This document shows, piece after piece, positions 56,446 through 64,000 of a DNA stretch of 64,000 bases. How positions within the stretch are numbered: the first letter of the stretch is position 1; each line of letters starts with the position of its first letter. A program made the position numbers and the translations under genes. This DNA is from the human T2T-CHM13v2.0 reference genome, Homo sapiens. The stretch lies in the NCBI RefSeq assembly GCF_009914755.1, contig NC_060926.1. One strand, given 5' to 3'. The notes under the pieces were generated by a model. The model was not told the origin of the DNA. It did not search any database and saw only the letters and a program-made list of their open reading frames with translations.

Positions 56446-57204
56446 GAAGTAGCTTTTTAAAAAATAATCGAGATAAATATTTTACATACCAAAAAATATG
56501 CAATTTAAAGTGTACAACTTGGCAGATTTTAACCATATTCAAAAAGCTGTGCTATCATTTGACTAATTCCAGAACTTGTTTATCATCCCACACACACACA
56601 CACAAATCCCAGGTACCCATTAAGAATACTTCCTGATACCCATTAGGAATAATTCCTGTAGACTCACCAAGGTAACCGAAACCATTAGTCTTGTGTACAT
56701 TTGTTCATTCTTGCTATTTCATATAAATGGAAACCCATTATATGTGGTCTTCTATGTCTGGGTTTTATTTACATAATGTTATCAAGATCCATCAATGTTG
56801 GACCAGAAAGCAATAACCTATTTTTTATGGCTGAATAATATTTCATGAATTATACCTTTTTAAATTAATTCATGAATTGATGGACATTTGAGTTGTTTCT
56901 AATTTTGGCTACTATGAATAATGCTACTATGAACATGGTATATAAGTTTTTGTGTGAACATAGATTTTCATTTTTTTTTTTGTTATATAACTAGGAGTAG
57001 GATTTGTGAGTCATATGGAAACTGTCAAAATATGGAAACTGCCAAAATATGTTTACAAGAAAGCTGTACCATTTTGCATTGTTCTTAGCAAAGTGTGAGG
57101 CCCCTAATTTCTCTTCATCATCACTGATGCTTGCAAGTTTCTTTCTTCTTATTCTAAAAGCCATCCTAGTAGGTGTAAACTGTTATCTCATTGTGTTCTT
57201 GGTT

Positions 57205-57515
<311 letters not shown>

Positions 57516-57530
57516 ACGGTTTGCATATTC

Positions 57531-57820
57531 TTTTTTTTTTTTTTTTTGAGATGGAGTCTCTGTCACCCAGTCTGTAGTGCAGTAGCGCGATCTTGGCTCA
57601 CTGCAAGCTCCCAGGTTCACGCCATTCTCCGGCCTCAGCCTCCCGAGTAGCTGGGACTACAGGTGCCCGCCACCACGCCCGGCTAATTTTTTGTATTTTT
57701 TTAGTAGAGACGGGGTTTCACCATGTTAGCCTGGATGGTCTCGATCTCCTGACCTCGTGATCCGCCTGTCTCGGCCTCCCAAAGTGCTGGGATTACAGGC
57801 ATGAGACACCGCGCCCGGCC
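57531..57820 (-). mobile_element. AluY
   Basis: GTTCACGCCATTCTCC, GTTAGCCTGGATGGTCTCGATCTCC; TSD TTTGCATATTCTT/TCTGCATATTCTT. Confidence 0.95.
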
Positions 57821-59592
57821 TCTGCATATTCTTAATGAGATTAACTAATAAGGTTTTCATGTGGTAATTGGCCATTTGTATGTCATCTTGGAAAAAATGT
57901 TTAGTCAAATCCTTGATCGATTAAAAAAATGGGGTATTTGTCTTTTCATTGTTGATTTATAGTAGTTAATTTTTTATATATTATGAATACTGCAGCTTAT
58001 CGGATATATAGATTGCAAATATTTTTTCCCATTCTGCGTGTTGTCTTTTACATTCTCAATAGTGTACTTTGAAGCACAAATGGTTTTAATTTCTATTGTC
58101 AAATTTATTTATTTAAATCTATTATGGCTTTACAGTTAATTTTTATACATGATAGAAGGTAAAAGTTCAAATGATTATTATTATTTGCATGTGGATATCC
58201 AATTGTCCTAGCAACACTGTAGAAAATACTGTTTTTTCCAAAATAAATTGTCTTGAAACTGTCATCAAAAAAAATAACTGACTATAAATGTATTTCAGTA
58301 TTCTCATTTCTATTTAATATATTTATATTTATTATTATGCAAGTACTGCACTGCCTTGATTACTGGAGCTTTCTTGTTGTAAGTTCTGAAATTGAAAAGT
58401 GAGAATCTTTTAATGTATTTTTTCAAAAAGTTATCTTACCTAATATGGGTTTTTTGGTTTAACATATATATTTTTAGATCAGCTTGTCAATTTCTTCCAA
58501 AAAAAACAAACAAAAAAGCAACCAAAAACAAAAACAAACAAACAAACAAAAAACAAGCAAACAAAAGAAGCTGCAAATCTTATAGGGAGTTCATTAAATG
58601 TTTATATCAATTTTAGGAGGATTGATATATTAACATATTAAATCTTCTGATCAGTGAACATGTGATGCTTTCTATTTACTTGTCTTAATTTCTTTTATAT
58701 TATATTGTTTTACAATACAAGTCTTGTACCTTTGTACATATACTTACACCTAAGTGCTTTGTTGTGTTTGATGTTATGATAAATGGAATTTTTAAACAAT
58801 TTTATCCTTGGATTATGCACTGACAGTGTGCAAAAATACGGTTGATTTTTCTATATTGATCTTGTGTTCTGAAACCTTGCTGAACTAATTTATTAGCTGT
58901 AATTGTTTCATTGGAAATTCTGTATAATTATATGCAGGATAATGCGATAAGTAAATAAGAGACTTTAACTTGTTTCTTTCCAACCTGAATAACTTTTATT
59001 TCTGTTTTTTTTTGTTTGTCTCATTTCCCTGAATAGTACCTCTAGTACAATGCTGAGTAGAAGGAGGACAGACATCCTTGGTTCAATATTAGAAGGAAAT
59101 CTTTGACCATTAAGTATAATGTTAGATGTGGCTTTTTATTGGATTGAAGTTCTTTTGTATTTCTACTTGTTGATTTACCTTTTGTCATAAAAGGGTGTCA
59201 GATTTTGTTAAGTGTTTTTCACATATCCATTGAAATGGTCATGTGGGTTTTTAAATTTTTTTTTATTTCAATAGGTTTTTGGGGGAACAGATGGCATTTG
59301 GTTAGATGAATAAGTTATTCAGTGGTGATTTCTGAGATTTTGTTGCACCCATCATCTAAGCAGTATACACTGTACACAATGTGTAGTCTTTTATCCCTCA
59401 CCACCCATAACCCTTTCCCTTTCTTCTGCCTTTGCGTGCTTATAGCCTAGCTCCCACATATGAGTGAAAACGTACAATGTTTGGTTTTCACTTCCTGAGT
59501 TACTTCACTTACAATAATAGTCTCCAATTCCATCCAGCTTGCTGCAAATACCTTTATTTCATTCCTTTTTTATGGCTGAATAGTATTCCACG

Positions 59593-59626
<34 letters not shown>

Positions 59627-62307
59627 ATATATGTGTGTGTGTGTGTATACACATATAACATTTTCTTTTTACGCTCGTTGATGGATGGGCAGTTGGACTG
59701 GTTCCACATTTTGGCAATTGCAAACTGTGCTGTTATGAATATGCATGCGCAAGTATCACTACCTTTTAGATATAATGACTTCCTCTAGATAGATACCAAG
59801 GAGTGTATTGCTGGATCAAAAGATAGATCTACTTATAGTTCTTCAGGAAATCTCCACACTAATTTCCATAGTGGTTCTAGTAGTTTACTTTCCCACCATC
59901 AGTGTAAGAGTGTTACTTTCTCACCACATCCATGCCAATATCTTTTTTTAAAATTATTTTTTGATTATGGTTATTCTTGCAGGAGTAAGGTGATATCACA
60001 CTGTGGTTTTGGTTTGCATTTCCCTGATCATTAGTGATGTTGAGCATTTTTTCGTTTTCTTGTTGGTTATTTGTATATCTTCTTTTGAGAATCGTGTATT
60101 CATGTCCTCAGCCCAGTTTTTGATGGGATTATTGGTTTTGTTCTTGCTGATTTGAGTTCTGTGTAGTTTCTAAATATTTATTAGTCCTTTGTTGGATGCA
60201 TAGTTTTCAAAGATGTTCTCCTATTCTCTGTGTTGTCTGTTAACTCTGCTGATTATCTCTTTTGCTGTGCAAAAGTGTTTTAGTTTAATTAAGTCCCATC
60301 AACTTATCTTTGTCTTTGCTGCATTTGCTTTTGGGTTCCTGGTCATGAAGTCTGCCTCAGTCAATGTCTAAAATGTTTTTCTGATGTTATCTTCTAGAAT
60401 TTTTGTGGTTTCAGGTCATAGATTTAAGTCTTTGATCCATCTTGGTTGATTTTTGTATAAAGTGAGAGATAAAGATCAAGTTTCATTCTTCCACATGTGA
60501 ATTGCCAATTATCCCAGTACCATTTCTTGAGTAGGTTGTCCTTTCCCCACTTTATGTTTTTGTTTGCTTTGTTGAAGTTCTGTCAGCTGTAAGTATTTGA
60601 CTTTATTTTTGGGTTTTCTATTCTGTTCCATTGGTCTGTGTACCAATTTTTATACCAATACTATGCTGTTTTGGTGACTATGGCCCTGTAGTATAGTTTG
60701 AAGTCAGGTAATGTGATCCCACCAGATTTGTGCTTTTTGCTTAATCTTACTTTGGCTATGTGGTCTCTTTTTTGGTTCTATATGAATTTTATAATTTTTT
60801 TCTAGTTCTGTAAAGAATGATGGTGGTATTTTTGATGGGGATTGCATTGAATTTGTAGATCGCTTTTGGCAGTCTGGTCTTTTTCGTAATATTGATTCTA
60901 CCTATCCATGAGCATGGGATGTGTATTTATTTGTTTGTGTCATCTATGATTTCTTTAAGCAGTGTTTTTTTCATTTTCGTTGCAGAGATCTTTCATCTCT
61001 TTGGTTAGGTCTATTACTAAGTATTTTATAATATATATTTTTGGCAGCTATTGTGAAGGAGTTGGGTTCTTGATTTGATTCTCACCTTGGTTGCTGTTGG
61101 TGTGTAGCAGAACTACTAATTTGTGTATATTACTTTTGTATCCTGAAACTTTGCTGAATTCATTTACCGGTTCAAGGAGCTCTCGGGATGAATCTTTAGT
61201 GTTTTCTAGGTATATGTTCGTATCATCAGCACTGATAGTTTGACTTTCTCTTTACCAATTTGGATGTACTTCATTTCTTTCTCTTGTCTGATTTGGCTAG
61301 GACTTCAGTACTATGTTGAATAGAAGTGATGAAGTGGACATCCTTGTCTTGTTCCATTCTCAGGGGGAATGTTTTCAACTTTTCCCCATTCACTATAATG
61401 TTAGCTGTGGATTTGTTGTAGATGGTATTTATCACCTTAAGGTATGCCCCTTCTATGCCAGTTTTGCTGAGGGTTTTAATCATAAAAGGATGCTGGATTT
61501 TATCTGTACCTTTTTCTGCATCTACTGAGATAGTCATGTGATTTTTGTTTTAAATTCTGTTTATATACTGTATAACATATATTGATTTGTGTGTGTGTTA
61601 AACCATCCCTGCATCCCTGGTATGAAACCCACTTGATCATGGTGGATTATCTTTTTGATATCCTGATGGATTTGGTTTTCTAGTATTTTGTTGGGGATTT
61701 TTGCATCTATGTTCATCATGGATATTGGTTTTAGTTTTCTTTTTTTTTTTGTTATGTCTTTCTCTGGTTTTGGTATTAGGGTGATACTGTCTTCATAGAC
61801 TGATTTAGGGAGAATTCCCTCTTTATCTTTTGGAATACTGTCAATGGGATTGGTACCAATTCTTTTTTGAATTTCTGATAGAATTCAGCTGTGAATTCAT
61901 CTGGTCCTGAACTTTTTTGTTGTTGTTGTTTTCTGTTTTTAAATTACCATTTCAATCTTGCTGCTTAGTATTGGTCTGTTCAGAGTTTCTATTATCTTCC
62001 TGGTTTAATCTAGGAAGGTTGTATATTTCCAGGAATGTATCCATCTCCTCTAGGTTTTCTAGTTTTTGTGTGTAAAGGTGTTCATAGTAGCTTTGAATAA
62101 CCTTTTGTATTTCTGTGGTATCAGTTGTAATATCTCTCATTTATTTTCTAATTGAGCTCATTTGAATCTTCTTTTTTTCTTGGGTAATATTGCTAATAGT
62201 CTATCAATTGTATCTTTACAAAGAACCGGTTTTTGTTTCATTTATGTTTTTTACTGTTTTTATTTGTTTGTTTCAATGTCATTTAATTCTGCTCTGATTT
62301 TCATTGT

Positions 62308-63030
62308 TTAATTTCCTCTGCTGGGTTTGAGTTTGGATTGTTCTTGTTTTTCTGGTTCCATGAGGTGTGACCTTAGATTGTCTATTTGTGCTCTTTTAGG
62401 CTTTTTGATGTAGGCATTTAATGCTATGAACTTTACTCTTAGCACTACTTTTGTTGTATCCCAGATGTTTTGATTGGTTGTGCCACTCCTATTTTTCAGT
62501 TCAAAGAAATTTTTAATTTCCATCTTTATTTCATTGTTGACCCAATGATCATTCAGGAGCAGGTTATTTAATTTCCATGGATTTACATGGTTTTGAGGGT
62601 TCCTTTTAGAGCTGATTTTCAATTTTATTCCACTGTGGTCTAAGAACATACCTGATATAATTTCAAATTTCTTAAATTTACTGAGAATTGTTTTTTGGTC
62701 TATAATTTGGTCTATCTTGGAGAAGGTTCCATGTGTTGATGAATAGAATGTATATTCTGTAGTTGCTGGATAGAATGTTCTACAAATATCTGTTAAGTCC
62801 ATTTGTTCTAGGGTATAGATTAAGCCTATTGTTTCTTTGTTGACTTTCTGTCTTGAAGATCTGTCTAGTGCTGTCAGTGGAGTATTAAAGTCCTCCACTA
62901 TGATTGCGCTGCCATCTATCTCATTTCTTAGGTCTAGTAGTAATTGTTTTATAAATGTGGGACCTCTAGTATTAGGTGCATATATATTTAGAATTGTGAT
63001 ATTTTCCTGTTGGTCTAGTCCTTTTATCAT
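62308..63030 (-). pseudogene. L1 ORF2 endonuclease-domain remnant (240 aa open)
   Basis: [34 protein letters not shown] motifs of the L1 APE-type endonuclease; flanked by frameshifts and stops. Confidence 0.9.
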
Positions 63031-63362
63031 TATATAATGCCCCCTTTGTCTTTTTTAACTGCTGTTGCTTCAACATTTGTTTTGCTGATGTAAGAATAGC
63101 TACTCTTGCTGGCTTCTGGTGTCCATTTGCATGGAATGTCTTTTTCTACCTCTTAACCTTAAGTTTATGTGATTCCTTATATGTTACAGGAGTCTCCTGA
63201 AGATAGTAGAAACTTGGTGAATTCTTATCCCTTCTGCCATTCTATACCTTTTAAGTGGAGCATTTAGGCCATTTACATTCAATGTTAGTATTGAGATGTG
63301 TGGTACTATTCTATTCATCATGCTATTTGTTGCCTGAATACTTTGTTTTTGTTTTATTTTTT

Positions 63363-63931
63363 TCATTGTGTTGCTAGTATGTAGGTCCTCTGAAATTTAT
63401 CATTTAAGTAGGTTCTATTTTGGTGTATTTCAAAGATTTGTTTTGAGATTAGAACTTCTTTTAGGGGTTCTTGTATTGCTGGCTTGGTAGTGGCAAATTG
63501 TCTCAGCATTTGTTTGTCTGGAAAAGTCTGTATCTTTCCTTCATTTATGAAGCTTAGTTTGACTGGATGCAAAATTCTTGGTTGACAATTGTTTTGTTTG
63601 AGGAAGCTAAAAATAGGACCCCAATCCCTTCTAGCTTGTAGGGTTTCTGCTGAGAAATTGCTGTTACTCTGATAGATTTTCCTTCATAGGTTACCTGATG
63701 CTTCTGCCTCACCACTGATAAGATTCTGTCCTTTGTCTTGACTCTAGATAACCTGATGATTATATGTCTATGCAATAATATTTTTACAATGAATTTCTCA
63801 GGTGTTCTTTGAACTTCTTGTAGTTGAATGTCTAGATCTCTAGCAAGGCTGGGAAAGTTCTCCTCAGTTATTCCTTCAAATATGTTTTCCAAACTTTTAG
63901 GTTTCTCTTCTTCCTCAGGAACACCAATCAT
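63363..63931 (-). pseudogene. L1 ORF1p remnant (frameshifted)
   Basis: IGVPEEEE...ENFPSLARDLDIQ.QE.QRTP and KLSFINEG.I..F.DKQMLR.F.TT.PA.QE.LK. Confidence 0.88.
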
Positions 63932-64000
63932 TCTTAGCTTTGGATGTTTAACATTGTCCCAAACTTTTTGGAGGTTTTGTTCATTTCTTTGTTATTCTTT

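Larger units (their letters stand above)
59255..64000 (-). mobile_element. L1PB (PB1-like), 3' UTR through ORF2 into ORF1, continuing past the window edge
   Basis: 3' end TTTCAATAGGTTTTTGGGGGAACAG...GGTGATTTCTGAGATTTT; ORF remnants of RT (61271-61537), EN (62308-63030) and ORF1 (63363-63931); (TG)n at about 59595-59650. Confidence 0.93.

Noticed and set aside
62308-63931. Active or domesticated L1 protein
   Set aside because: ORF1 and ORF2 are broken by multiple frameshifts and stops; a 240-aa open stretch is plausible by chance in an L1PB.

Overview
AT-rich, gene-poor primate (human-like) genomic DNA. AluJ, AluS and AluY, primate L1PA/L1PB, THE1 and MER4 elements point to a catarrhine/human origin; the exact locus cannot be determined here. 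No protein-coding exon, RNA gene or CpG island can be supported. The listed ORFs that I could trace fall in Alu, L1, LTR or simple-repeat sequence, and the rest are short ORFs with no recognisable product. About half the window is a layered record of transposons: 12 Alus, many L1 fragments (including a >4.7 kb L1PB running off the right end), ERVL/MaLR/ERV1 solo LTRs, MIR/L2 and DNA-transposon MITEs. There is also a 1.3 kb block-structured AT-rich VNTR. The most unusual signal is three independent short (125-320 bp), direct-orientation, non-tandem local duplications. In each, the copy lies 0.9-4.2 kb upstream of its donor and the direction can be read from transposon context. One splits an LTR16C end, one is a chimera of two separate donor segments, and one preserves the pre-AluY allele. 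Also notable is an L1 with a twin-priming 5' inversion that hosts a second inverted L1 with a possible 3' transduction. Repeat subfamily names come from recalled consensus sequences and need RepeatMasker/Dfam confirmation; percent identities are by-eye estimates.
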